Source: Eledone cirrhosa (taxonomy: Eukaryota). From it: a DNA stretch of 64,000 bases. This document shows positions 51,868 to 64,000 of this stretch, piece after piece (the stretch's first letter is position 1; each line of letters begins with the position of its first letter). A model generated the notes under the pieces. It made no database searches. It was not told where the DNA came from and saw nothing but the letters and a program-made list of their open reading frames with translations. Made by a program: the position numbers and the translations under genes. The DNA lies in assembly GCA_964016885.1 (NCBI GenBank), contig OZ024740.1, forward strand, positions 395,622,001-395,686,000, given 5' to 3'.

Positions 51868-54800
51868 CAAACAAACAAATTAACAACACACCAAAACAAT
51901 TAAAACCATCCACTCTCGCCTCTACATTTTTGCTTAACGCCCAAGGCATCAGCCCTTCCACCAATACTCAAAAATGGAAGATCAAATTCCTGGAGGACTG
52001 GATTGATGTCCATCCAAACCACATCCCTTTCTTCGTCCTCACTGAAACCCATCTCAGTAACCTCCACTTGGAAGCCGAGGTGAAAGTGAAAAATTTCAAA
52101 GCCATCCGTGCTGATCGCGCTGGCAGAAGAAAGGGCGGAACTGCCATTTATGTCCATAATTCTTTCTCAACAGAGGCTATGAACATATTCACTAATGGAT
52201 ACTGTGAGGCAGTCACTGTATTCAGTCAAACCAACAACCTATTAGTAGTTGGGCTCTATAGGCCACCCCAAACGCCTGTACCATGCTTCAAGGAATGCCT
52301 CAACAGCATAAAGTGTTTCATCCAAGAGTGTCACCCTGACAACATCTTAATGATGGGGGACTTCAACCTCCCCGGAGTTGACTGGTCCACAAACACCCTG
52401 CCACCAGGTTCTTCTGCCTCAACCTCTGACAGGGAAGCTGTGGAATCGCTTCTTGACTTCATGGATGATTTCTTCCTATCCCAACTAGTGCTCGAACCAA
52501 CGAGGTGCCACAAAAACGTCCTAGACTTAATTTTCAGCAATCACACTGACAATATCCACAATATTGCAGTGGAGAAAACTCTACTCTCTGATCATGACAT
52601 GGTTCTCTGTGATCTGAGATTCCACCGTCCAATATACAAACCCAATGTCATTTCTCCTGTCCATCCGTTTGACGCTATGGATTTCCACAATGCAAACTGG
52701 GAAGCGATCAGTCATGATCTTGCACATGTCGACTGGTCCTTCACGCACACTCATACACCCACTAACATCAAAAAGTCCTGGCAGACATTTGTGGACACTG
52801 TTACAAACATATGTGCTAAACACACCCCATTAAGAACTATAAACAAATCTAAGAGCAGAATCCCTAGAAATAGAAAAACGCTCATCAGAAAAATTAAGAG
52901 AACGAACAAAAAAATCAACAATCTGAAATACTGTCAGCAGCAACACATCAACTTGACTGCCATTTCATCACTAGAGATTAAAAAACATAACCTCCAAAAC
53001 AACATAATGTCCCTCATCAACAATCAGAGAAGAGCTGAAGAGGCCTGGGCCATTGAGAAGATCAAACTCAATCCCAAAGTGTTCTTTTCATTTGCAAAAA
53101 AACACAAAATCACTGGCTCTACTGTTGGCCCTCTAATTGATGAAAATGGCACTCTTCAAGACAATGCTAAAACCATGGGTGAGATACTGCAGAAACAATA
53201 CTGCTCTGTTTTCAGCAATCCTGATATGGCCGATCTGGGCTGTATCGGCGATGTTACTCCCCATTACACCTTATCGGACATAACGTTTGGCGCCCCTGAT
53301 GTCTTGGCGGCAATAAAGGAAATCAAGCATAATTCAGCAGTAGGTCCCGATAGGTTCCCTGCTTGTGTCTTGAAGGCGTGTCAACACCAACTTGCTTCTC
53401 CTCTTGCCAATCTGTGGCGGAACTCACTGGATGCTGGATATGTGCCAGAAAACCTTCTATCCCAGTCTGTTGTCCCAGTTTTCAAAAAGGGAAACAAATC
53501 CCTTGCCGTGAATTACCGTCCAATCTCACTCACCTCTCATATCATTAAGGTATTTGAGCGAGTGGTGAGATCGCGAATGACCCACTTCCTTGAGAGTAAC
53601 AATATGCTGAACTCCAACCAGCATGGATTCCGTAATGGAAGGGATTGCCTGACGCAACTACTGCATCACTTTGATGACATTTTGAGAGCCTTGGGAGAGG
53701 GTTCCAACACTGATGTTATCTACCTTGATTTCAGCAAGGCCTTTGACAGGGTTGATCATAACATTCTACTGAGAAAGCTGTCCAATATTGGTGTCACTGG
53801 AAAGCTGCTGCAGTGGATCAAGAGCTTCCTGTCAAACAGAACCCAACATGTTGTAGTTGAGGGAGTCAAATCAAGCCCAGCCAAAGTCAGTAGTGGAGTC
53901 CCACAAGGCACTGTGTTGGGCCCACTTCTCTTCATCATCTATATTAATGACATCACTGACATCATCAAACACAGCAACATTAAAATTTTCGCTGATGATT
54001 CCAAGCTCCAAAAGGTCATCAATGGCGTGGATGACCGGATAAGCCTTCAGTCAGACCTACTGGCTGTTACCCAATGGGCAGAAAAGAACAACATGTTACT
54101 GAACGAAGACAAATTCGAACTGATCCACTTTGGAAAAGAGGATGCTCTGAAACTCCCGTACTCCCTTCCCTCCGGGGAAACTCTCGTGGCATCTAACAAC
54201 ATCAGAGACTTGGGAGTAACCGTGGACAGCAACATAAGCTGGACCACGCATATAAGCAGCAAAGTTGACATGGCCCGCAGAATGTGTTCCTGGATCCTCA
54301 GAACCTTCCAGTCGAGAGATTCCCGCACCATTATCCTTCTCTTCTCTACTTTCGCCCGACCACACCTTGAATACTGTTGTCCACTGTGGTCTCCCCACAC
54401 GAAACAAAGTATCATGAAACTTGAAGCTCCTCAAAGGGCAATCACGAAAAAGATAGATGGCATGTCAGACCTTGACTACTGGGGTCGATTGGAAAACCTG
54501 AAACTTTACTCACTCCAACGTCGCCGTGAGCGTTATATTATCTGCATGATGTGGAAAATGTTCCATCATCACTGCCCAAATGATGTTGGCATCGCCTTCA
54601 AGATACACCCAAGGCTTGGGCCCCGTGCTATCCGTCCCATTCAAAAATCTAAATCGCAACTCATAACAACAATACGGCACAATTATTTCACCTCAATCGG
54701 CCCTGCTCTCTTCAACATCACACCAGGACACGTCAAAACAGAAACTGACCACACAAAATTCAAGAAGTCTTTGGACAAATTCCTCCAAGTAATCCCGGAC

Positions 54801-54875
54801 AAACCACCCACACCCGGATATGTCTCCGCAAACAGTAATTCTCTTCTCGAATGGGCCATGGTGCCCAAATCCTGA
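51756..54875 (+). CDS. LINE ORF2: AP endonuclease + reverse transcriptase; no ATG before the endonuclease
   Basis: NAQG, LTETHL, YRPP, GDFN, LDL, SDH; NYRPISL, QHGF, YLDFSKAFD, GVPQGTVLGP, FADD, RDLGV. The frame is open from 51738 to the stop at 54873-54875. Confidence 0.9.
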   Translation, partial: FFSHNESGKRTGKKHSSYHPAPPSTITPLHKLPLLPLTNKQINNTPKQLKPSTLASTFLLNAQGISPSTNTQKWKIKFLEDWIDVHPNHIPFFVLTETHLSNLHLEAEVKVKNFKAIRADRAGRRKGGTAIYVHNSFSTEAMNIFTNGYCEAVTVFSQTNNLLVVGLYRPPQTPVPCFKECLNSIKCFIQECHPDNILMMGDFNLPGVDWSTNTLPPGSSASTSDREAVESLLDFMDDFFLSQLVLEPTRCHKNVLDLIFSNHTDNIHNIAVEKTLLSDHDMVLCDLRFHRPIYKPNVISPVHPFDAMDFHNANWEAISHDLAHVDWSFTHTHTPTNIKKSWQTFVDTVTNICAKHTPLRTINKSKSRIPRNRKTLIRKIKRTNKKINNLKYCQQQHINLTAISSLEIKKHNLQNNIMSLINNQRRAEEAWAIEKIKLNPKVFFSFAKKHKITGSTVGPLIDENGTLQDNAKTMGEILQKQYCSVFSNPDMADLGCIGDVTPHYTLSDITFGAPDVLAAIKEIKHNSAVGPDRFPACVLKACQHQLASPLANLWRNSLDAGYVPENLLSQSVVPVFKKGNKSLAVNYRPISLTSHIIKVFERVVRSRMTHFLESNNMLNSNQHGFRNGRDCLTQLLHHFDDILRALGEGSNTDVIYLDFSKAFDRVDHNILLRKLSNIGVTGKLLQWIKSFLSNRTQHVVVEGVKSSPAKVSSGVPQGTVLGPLLFIIYINDITDIIKHSNIKIFADDSKLQKVINGVDDRISLQSDLLAVTQWAEKNNMLLNEDKFELIHFGKEDALKLPYSLPSGETLVASNNIRDLGVTVDSNISWTTHISSKVDMARRMCSWILRTFQSRDSRTIILLFSTFARPHLEYCCPLWSPHTKQSIMKLEAPQRAITKKIDGMSDLDYWGRLENLKLYSLQRRRERYIICMMWKMFHHHCPNDVGIAFKIHPRLGPRAIRPIQKSKSQLITTIRHNYFTSIGPALFNITPGHVKTETDHTKFKKSLDKFLQVIPDKPPTPGYVSANSNSLLEWAMVPKS

Positions 54876-54962
54876 ATTGAAAGACTTCGCCAGGTGGTGC
54901 TATTAAGTTAGACATGGCCTGGGCCAATACTGGCCAAAACATTTCAAAGTTATTCAAAGTTA

Positions 54963-55031
54963 TATATTATATATATATATTGTATATATATATATTATAT
55001 ATATATTGTATATATATATATATATTGTTTG

Positions 55032-55116
<85 letters not shown>

Positions 55117-55376
55117 ATATATGTATATATATATATATATATATTGTATATATGTATATATATATTGTATATATATATATATTGTATATATATATATATA
55201 TTGTATATATATATATATAGTATATATATATTTATATTGTATATATATATATATATTGTATATATATATATATTTTATATATATATATCTTGTATATATA
55301 TATATATTGTATATATATATATATTTTATATATATATATCTTGTATATATATATATATTGTATATATATATATATA

Positions 55377-55410
<34 letters not shown>

Positions 55411-56166
55411 TATATATAGTATATACATATATAGTATATACATATATAGTATATATATATATATAGTATATACATATATAGTATATATATATAGTATATA
55501 TATATATAGTATATATATATATATAGTATATATATATATATAGTATATACATATATAGTATATATATATATATAGTATATATATATATATAGTATATATA
55601 TATATAGTATATATATATATATAGTATATATATATATAGTATATATATATATATAGTATATATATATATATAGTATATATATATATAGTATATATATATA
55701 TATAGTATATATATATATATAGTATATATATATATATAGTATATATAGTATATATATATAGTATATATATATATATATAGTATATATATATATAGTATAT
55801 ATATATATATAGTATGGGGTGCCCCAGCATGGCCTCAGCCGGATGGCTGAAACAGGTAAAAGTGTAAAAGAGTATATATATATATATAGTATATATATAT
55901 ATTGTATATATATATTGTATATATATATTGTGTATATATATATATATTGTATATATATATATAGTATATATATATATATATATATATTGTATATATATAT
56001 ATAATATATACATATATATATATTGTGTATATATAGTATATATATATATATATAGTATATATATATATATAGTATATATATATATATAGTGTATATATAT
56101 ATATATATATATATATAGTATATATATATATATTGTATATATATCTATAATATATATATATATATA

Positions 56167-56204
<38 letters not shown>

Positions 56205-56234
56205 TATATATATATATATATATTGTATATATAT

Positions 56235-56278
<44 letters not shown>

Positions 56279-56343
56279 ATATATATCAATAATATATATA
56301 TATATATATAGTATATATATATATATATATATTGTATATATAT

Positions 56344-56375
<32 letters not shown>

Positions 56376-56815
56376 GTATATATATATATATATATATTGT
56401 ATATATATCTATAATATATATATATATATATATATATTGTATATATATCAATAATATATATATATATATATATAGTATATATATATATATATATTGTATA
56501 TATATATATATATTGTATATATATATATATAGTATATATATATATATATAGTATATATATATATCTATAGTATATATATATATATATATATAGTATATAT
56601 ATATATAGTATATATATATATATATAGTATATATATATATAGTATATATATATATATATAGTATATATATATATATAGTATATATATATATATATAGTAT
56701 ATATATATATATATAGTATATATATATATATATACTATATATATATATATATACTATATATATATATATATACTATATATATATATATATATTGTATATA
56801 TATATATATATATTG
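54963..56815. repeat. Interrupted (TA)n array
   Basis: Direct inspection. Spacers TTG, AG and CT occur in blocks. Confidence 0.95.
55815..55872 (+). mobile_element. 58-bp retroposon 3' tail stub
   Basis: GGGGTGCCCCAGCATGGCC, hairpin TCAGCC-GGAT-GGCTGA, then (TAAAAG)-type tail, all inside the TA array. Confidence 0.55.
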
Positions 56816-57190
56816 TAAAACCTACTACAGCCAGTAGGCATCTCTAACAAAATACCCCCCCCCCGTCCCACCACCACCACCCCCACCCCGTTCTATGTAA
56901 AGTTATGTTGGTGCCACACCATCCAGGCCGAAACAAATGAGATCGTGTAGGTGTCACGACAAAAAAAACACACAGTCCACGCTGTAATGTGGCCGTGTAG
57001 GCAACACGGTAAAAACCTCCCAGACCCACACTGTAAATGTGGTTGGTGTTAGGAAGGGCATCCAACTGTAGAAAACCTGCCAGACAGTCCTATGCGAGCA
57101 AGACAATCACTCTTGCCTCAAGTCGGACTACCCCCGTCCAAACCCATGCAAGCGTGGAACCCGGACGTTAAACGTTGATGATGATGATGA
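56815..57190 (+). mobile_element. RTE-B 3' UTR-only copy
   Basis: Near-exact reverse complement of 43905-44290. Confidence 0.9.
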
Positions 57191-57507
57191 TTGTATATAT
57201 ATATATATATATATATTGTATATATATATATATATTGTATATATATATATATATAAATATATTGTATATATATATATATTGTATATATATATATAATATA
57301 TATATATATATTGTGTATATATATATATATTGTGTATATATATATATATATTGTATATATATATATATTGTATATATATATATATATATATAAATATATT
57401 ATATATATATATATATATTGTATATATATATATATATATATAAATATATTGTATATATATATATATTGTATATATATATATATTTATTATATATTTATTA
57501 TATATAT

Positions 57508-60462
57508 CTAACAGACGACAAGGACTTCCTAATCATTGCAGGAGATTTTAACGGACACGTAGGTAAACACTGCGACGGCTTCAATAGAGTACATGGAGGC
57601 CATGGAGTTGGCACAAGGAATGAGGAAGGATTCAGACTTCTAGAATTCTGCGACGCCAATGACATGTCGATATGTAACACAAACTTTAAAAAACCCGACA
57701 ACCACCTGATCACCTATAGATCAGGGGAGCACTCTAGTCAGTTAGATTTTATCCTCATCAGAGGACGTGACAGATGGACGGTCGTAAACACAAAAGCCTT
57801 CCCTAGTGAGGAATGTACATCCCAACATAGCTTAGTTGTCAGCGACCTCACGGTCAGAACTAGACGAGCCCTGAAACAGAGGCCAACCTGGAGAAGAAAG
57901 ATCTGGAAGCTGAAAGTCCCCTCAACCAGTAACAGATTTAAAGATATTTTACTCAACGCCTACGACAGTAAAGAAGAACAGATAGAGACATTTAACGTAG
58001 AAGAGAACTGGGAGTTCCTAAAAAATAACTTACTAGAGGCGACGGATGAGGTTTGTGGCTGGAGTAAGACCTCAAGCAGGAGGAGAGTGACTTGGTGGTG
58101 GAACAATAAGGTAGATGAAGCAGTCAAGGCCAAGAGACAGGCATGGAAAGAATGGAAGAACGGGGGGAGCAGGGTACATTACATAGAGACCAAGAGGGAA
58201 GCTAGGCGACAAGTATACTTAGCTAGGAGGGAAGCAGAGGATAGAAAATTCAAGCATGTTTTACAACGTGAGGACCAGAAACAGGAGGTATTCAAGATTG
58301 CGAGGCAGTGTGTCAGAGATAGTTGTGATGTCATTGGAGAGAAGTGTATCCGGAATGATAAAGGTGAGCTTGCCCTCACAAGTGCTGAGAAGAAAGATGC
58401 ATGGAAGAGTCATTATGATAGATTACTAAATGAGGAGAATGCATGGGAAGAAGAGACCCTACCCCACGTAGACCCTATAGAGGGACCAGCAGTACAAGTC
58501 AGCGGCAGCGTAGTAAGTAAGGCAATCAGAGATATGAAGATAGGGAAGGCAACCGGTCCATCGGGTATAGCTGCCGAGATGCTGAAGGCATCTGGGTCTG
58601 TAGGTCACACTATAACCACACGTATCGTTAACCAGGTAATATTAGAGGGGGCCATACCAAAAGATTGGTGCAGTAGCATCATTGTCAACTGCTACAAAGG
58701 TAAAGGCGATGCACTAGATAGAGGAAACTATAGAGGTATAAAGTTGATGGACCAGGTCATGAAAGTAACAGAAAGAGTTATAGCACAGCTGATTAGGGAC
58801 CGGGTGAATATAGACGAGATGCAATTTGGGTTTGTACCAGGGAAAGGCACCACTGATGCCCTCTTCCTTGTGAGGCAATTACAGGAAAAGTACCTAGCTA
58901 AAAGTAAGCCACTCTACTTGGCATTTGTCGACCTTGAGAAAGCCTTTGACAGAGTTCCACGTGCAGTAATCTGGTGGGCTCTTAGAAAACTAGGAGTAGA
59001 TGAATGGCTTGTGAAAGCGGTACAAGCCATGTATAGGGGAGCAGTCAGCAAAGTTAGGATTGGCAATGAGTATAGCGAGGAATTTAGCGTACAGGTTGGG
59101 GTCCACCAGGGCTCTGTTCTTAGCCCTCTCCTGTTCATCATAGTCCTGCAGGCAATAACGGAGGAGTTTAAGACCGGATGCCCATGGGAACTCCTGTATG
59201 CTGATGACCTCGCACTCATAGCTGAATCTATGGTAGAACTAGAGAATAAATTCCAAACCTGGAAGCAGGGACTAGAGAGAAAGGGCCTCAAAGTCAACAT
59301 GACAAAGACTAAGGTCCTTATAAGTAGACGAGAAAACAGAACCCAGATCCCCTCAGGGAAATGGCCTTGCTCAGTATGTAGGAAAGGTGTAGGTAGGAAC
59401 TCCATTCTCTGCCCCAAATGCAAACAATGGGTACACAAGAGATGTAGCGGGATCTCAGGAAGCTTAATTAAGAATGTAGGATTCACATGCAGCAGCTGTG
59501 CTGAAACAGCAAGCAAACAGCCACAGGAAACAAGTACCACCAATCTCTGGGAGGGCCCTGTAGAAACAGTAGACAGCTTCTGCTACCTAGGTGACCAAAT
59601 TAGCAACGGAGGTGGGTGCTCAGAAAGTACAATAACTAGGGTAAGAACGGGATGGAAGAAGTTTAGGGAACTACTACCACTGCTAGCTGCAAAAGGCTTC
59701 TCCCTCAGAATGAAAGGCAGACTGTATGATGCGTGTATCCGAACAGCGATGTTGCATGGTAGTGAGACCTGGGCGCTGAAGGTGGAAGACTTACGTAGAT
59801 TAGAGAGAAACGAAGCCTGCATGCTCCGATGGATGTGTAACAGTAATATACGTGAACGACAAAGCATAAAGGAATTGAGAGAGAGACTGAGCATAAGAGG
59901 AATCAAATGCTGCGTGCAGGAGAGGCGGTTACGCTGGTATGGACATGTGATGCGTATGAAGGATGACAGCTGCATAAAAAGGTGCGAGCACTAGAAGTTG
60001 ATGGAAACCGCGGAGTGGGGAGACCCAAGATGACTTGGGATGAGGTGATAAAAGCCGACCTTACCCAACTACACCTCTCAAAGTCAATGACACACGACCG
60101 TGACTTCTGGCGTCACGCAGTAATACAGGGTACCCGACCTCCCATGGGTACATGCTGAAGCATATAAACAATATGCCCCCCCCCCCCCCTCCCACCGCAA
60201 GGTGGTCGTGGAGGTGCCACGGCAAAAAAGCACCCAGCCCACACTGTAAAGTGGACGTGTAGGCGCCACGAAAAAGCACCCAGCACTCACTGTAAATGAG
60301 GTTGGTGTTAGGAAGGGCATCCAGCTGTAGAAATCAAGCCAGATCAGTTCCTGTATGAGCAAGGCATGGTCAGCCGACCAGACACTGCCCAAAACAGGAC
60401 AACCCGTCTAACCCATGCTAGCGTGGAAGAACGGACGTAAAACGGTGATGATGATGATGATG
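57508..60462 (+). mobile_element. RTE-C LINE, 5'-truncated, young
   Basis: Uninterrupted partial APE-RT-PHD frame to about 59985, where a 1-nt deletion occurs versus the 61.8-kb copy. 3' UTR contains the SINE-shared module. Confidence 0.95.
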
Positions 60463-60557
60463 ATATATATGTAAATGTATGTATATATATATATATATTG
60501 TATATATATATAGATATATATATTGTGTATATATATATATATTGTATATATATATAT

Positions 60558-60608
<51 letters not shown>

Positions 60609-60694
60609 ATTGTATATATATTGTATATATATATATATATATTGTATATATATTTACTGTATATATATACTGTATATATATATATTATATATAT

Positions 60695-60736
<42 letters not shown>

Positions 60737-60861
60737 CTGTATATATAACTGTATATATATATATTATATATATATAACTATATATATATATACTGTATAT
60801 ATATATTATATATATATAACTATATATATATATACTGTATATATATATTATATATACTGTA

Positions 60862-61063
60862 TGAAATCATATCCGCTCTCTTGCTCTGGAACCCTGACTC
60901 CAGCCTCACTAGGAGTAGGAAGCTGTCATTCCCTGACGTTATCTCTAGGGATACGGGAATCAGTAGACAGGACCTGGTGGCAGCGATGGGGGACAGGGGA
61001 TTCTGGGGCATGAGAGTGAGATCCATCATCTCGACAGTAGTCGACGAATGATGATGATGATGA
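60862..61063 (+). mobile_element. 3' stub of another RTE-group family
   Basis: LLLWNP...RKLSFPDVISRDTG...AMGDRGFW followed by a (TGA)n tail. Confidence 0.7.
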
Positions 61064-61276
61064 TATATATACTGTATATATATATTATATATATATATTG
61101 TATATATATATATATATATACTGTATATATATATACTGTATATATATATCTATATATATGGGTACACAAGACATGTATATATGTATATATATGGGTACAC
61201 AAGAGATGTATATATATATGTATATATATGTATATATATGGGTACACAAGATGTATATATATGTATATGTATATAT

Positions 61277-62282
61277 ATGGGTACACAAAAGATGTAGTGG
61301 GATCTCAGAAAGCTTAACTAAATATGTTAGCTTTATATGGGACAGCTAACAGCCACAGGAAACAAGTACCACCAAACTCTGGGAGGGCTCTGTAGAAACA
61401 GTAGACAGCTTCTGCTACCTAGGTGACCGAATTAGCAGCAGAGGTGGGTGTTTGGAAATTACAATAACTAGGGTAAGAACGGGATGGAAGAAGTTCAGGG
61501 AGCTACTGCCATTGCTAGCTGCAAAAGGCTTTTTCCTCAAAATGAAAGGCAGACTGTATGATGCGTGTATAAGAACAGCAATGTTAGATGGAAGTGAGAC
61601 CTGGGCACTGTCTGTAGAAGTCTTGCGCAGATTAGAAAGAAACAAAGCCCGCATGCTCCGAGGGATGTGTAACAGTAATATACGCGAACGGCAAAGCGTA
61701 AATGAATTGAGAGAGAGACTGAACATAAGAGGAACAAATGCTGTGTGCAGGAGAGGCAGTTGCATTGGTATGGACATGTGATGCATATGAAGGATGATAG
61801 CTGCACAAAAAGGTGCAGGGCACTAGAAGTCGATGGAAACCGCGGAGTGGGGAGACCCAAGAACACCTGGGATGAGGTGATAAAAGCCAACCTTACCCAA
61901 TTACACCTCTCAAAGGCGATGAAACACAGCCGTGATCCCTGGCGTCACGCAATAATATAGAAGACCCGACCCCCCACGGGTACAAGCCGAAGCTGAAGCA
62001 TATAGACAATATGCCCCCACACCAAAGTGGTCGTGGAGGTGCCATGGCAAAAAAGCACCCAGCCCACACTGTAAAGTGGACGTGTAGGCGCCACTAAAAA
62101 AGCACCCAGCACTCACTGTAAATGAGGTTGGTGTTAGGAAGGATATCCAGCTGTAGAAATCAAGCCAGAATCAGTTCCCGTATGAGCAAGGCATGGTCAG
62201 CTGACCGGACACTGCCCACAACGAGACAACCCATCTAACCCATGCTAGCATGGAAGAACGGACGTAAAACGGGGATGATGAT
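61277..62282 (+). mobile_element. RTE-C LINE 3' fragment
   Basis: Colinear with 59427-60462. Confidence 0.92.
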
Positions 62283-62299
62283 AATATATATATATTATA

Positions 62300-62485
62300 A
62301 TAATTGTTTCTACTTTAGGCACAAGGCCAGCAATTATCCAGTGCATTACTGGTACTTTATTTTATCGACCCCGTAAGGATGAAAGGCAAAGTCAACCTCG
62401 GCGGGATAATATATATATTATAATAATAATAATTGTTTCACAAGGCCAACAATTAACCAGTGCATTGCTGGTACTTTATTTTATA
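62300..62485 (-). mobile_element. Truncated Meta-type SINE plus a partial duplicate
   Basis: Tail and central domain. Confidence 0.75.
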
Positions 62486-64000
62486 ATATATATATATTAT
62501 AATAATAATAAAATATATGATATATATATATTATACTAATAATAAAAAGGACGAGGTATTAGATCTTCATTGCACATGTGTGTGTCTGTGTGTGTGTGTG
62601 TATATATATATGCATGCATTGATAACTGACATGATGTCTTCATATAATAGGTTTATGTTGCCAACTAGTGAAGATAGGAAAGAGGTCCAGGAAAATATTG
62701 ATTTCATTCATAAATGCAGCTAAAAAGGATAAAATGCAGTTCACTGATTAATTACACCAATTTTCATTGATCAATTATTGATGCTCAGTTCACCATTTAT
62801 AGGCTGTGCTCATCTAATTGCTTCTGATACTGCGTAGCAGCAGCAGCAGTGGATTTTGCTGTTGTTTTTTTAGTTTTGTGATGGTTGTAGTGATGGCTGT
62901 GTTGTAATGGGGGTTGGTAGTGGTTGCTGTTGTAAAGTTGTTTGATAGAAGTAGCAGTATGTATTGTTTAGCCCTTAATCAGCTCTCATTATGCAGGCAT
63001 AAGATCATAGGCATTGTCTCCTTTTAATTTTTTTTTTCCAAACATAATTCAGTGTGTCCTTTCTTTTATATGGCAGTATGGTGTGTGATTTGATCAAGAT
63101 TTGGCTGCTATTTCTTCTAAGTTAAGCTATTATGTTCCCTTATTGACTAAGAGTGGTATGTCTTTATAGAGGTGATAGCTCAATCAGTTTGAGAATTAGA
63201 TGGAAAGTTTCAAGCATTGAATTAGTGCCCCCATATTATCTTTCTGTAGTAGTTTTCTTCTGTGTGGGAGGGTTTGCATCTGTTCCTGTGTGTATGTCTG
63301 TGTTTGGCATATGTATACTAGTGTGCAGGTAGGTGGGTCAGTGGGTAGCTAAGTACATAGGTAGGTAGGGAGAGGAGTGAATGAATGAATGATGAGTGTG
63401 TATATATATATATACATATATATATGTGTGTATGTATATATATGTATGTATGTATATTAACTGGTTGAATGCCTGGCTTTGATTCCTTTCTTCAACAAAT
63501 GTATCTTATATTACTTAGAAGTGAAATTTCTGGACTGAGGAGGGCGAGTCGTTATAGTTGTTTTGTGTGTTTTTGTGTTTGTGTAGAGGAACACTTCTAA
63601 TACATAATGAGGTTTCTATGTTTTCTCTTAATTCTTTTATCATTCTCTACTGGTTACACCAATTTCCTTTTATCACACTTCCCCTCAACTACCTCTGTCT
63701 CTCTCTATTTCTCAGATTCACTTTTACTTTTTAAAAACATTTTTCTTTCTCTCCTTTGTCCTTTCACTCTACCCATCTTCCACTTTCTCTACCTTTCTTA
63801 CATTTCTTTGCCCTCGTATTATTGACATACACATAAACAACCATTTGTATATATGTTTGCATGTACTTATATGCATGCAAGTGAACATGTATGTATGTAT
63901 ATATATATAGTATATATTATATATTAATGAGTTAATGCATTATACAACATTTAATTAACTATGTTGTCAGCTCTCAATTTATACAATAAGACAGAAAACT

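Larger units (their letters stand above)
50958..54962 (+). mobile_element. CR1-group LINE with two ORFs, apparently intact ORF2
   Basis: (CAA/CAG)n 5' end, ORF1, ORF2, ~85-nt 3' UTR ending in (TTCAAAGTTA)x2. TA arrays on both sides. Confidence 0.92.

Noticed and set aside
54905-54945. CR1-group LINE 3' end as donor of the Meta-type SINE tail
   Set aside because: Similarity is limited to TGGCCT..GCC, too short to claim a partnership.
57418-57507. Listed start of the 858-aa ORF
   Set aside because: The N-terminus is TA repeat fused by chance to a 5'-truncated RTE.
60202-60250. Pistol-ribozyme resemblance (CGTGG..CCACG followed by an A-run)
   Set aside because: Lacks the P2/P3 stems and conserved pistol core; only a simple pseudoknot is supported. 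No twister consensus was seen either.

Overview
AT-rich, repeat-dominated animal DNA. The SINE, RTE and microsatellite repertoire looks like an octopod cephalopod, which is inferred from memory of repeat families and not checked. No complete host gene is visible, only three candidate short exons. The window holds at least three subfamilies of RTE-clade LINEs (A, B, C) whose RT carries an inserted PHD finger. It also holds an apparently intact CR1-group LINE with a two-CCCH-finger ORF1 and an ATG-less ORF2 overlapping it in the -1 frame behind canonical slippery heptamers. Other elements are R4/RLE-type LINE relics, a decayed Penelope-like (YRDD + GIY-YIG) element, several hammerhead-like foldback relics, two tRNA-derived SINE families, DNA-transposon MITEs and an unclassified 1.6-kb LTR-like insert. 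From about 38.8 to 62.3 kb the sequence is an expanded (TA)n array packed with retroelement insertions. The best leads are (1) probable programmed -1 frameshifting in a LINE, (2) a covarying pseudoknot module found in the 5' UTR of one RTE, the 3' UTRs of two others and a SINE body, and (3) the PHD-in-RT architecture. Family names rest on motif recognition only, and most element boundaries are approximate.
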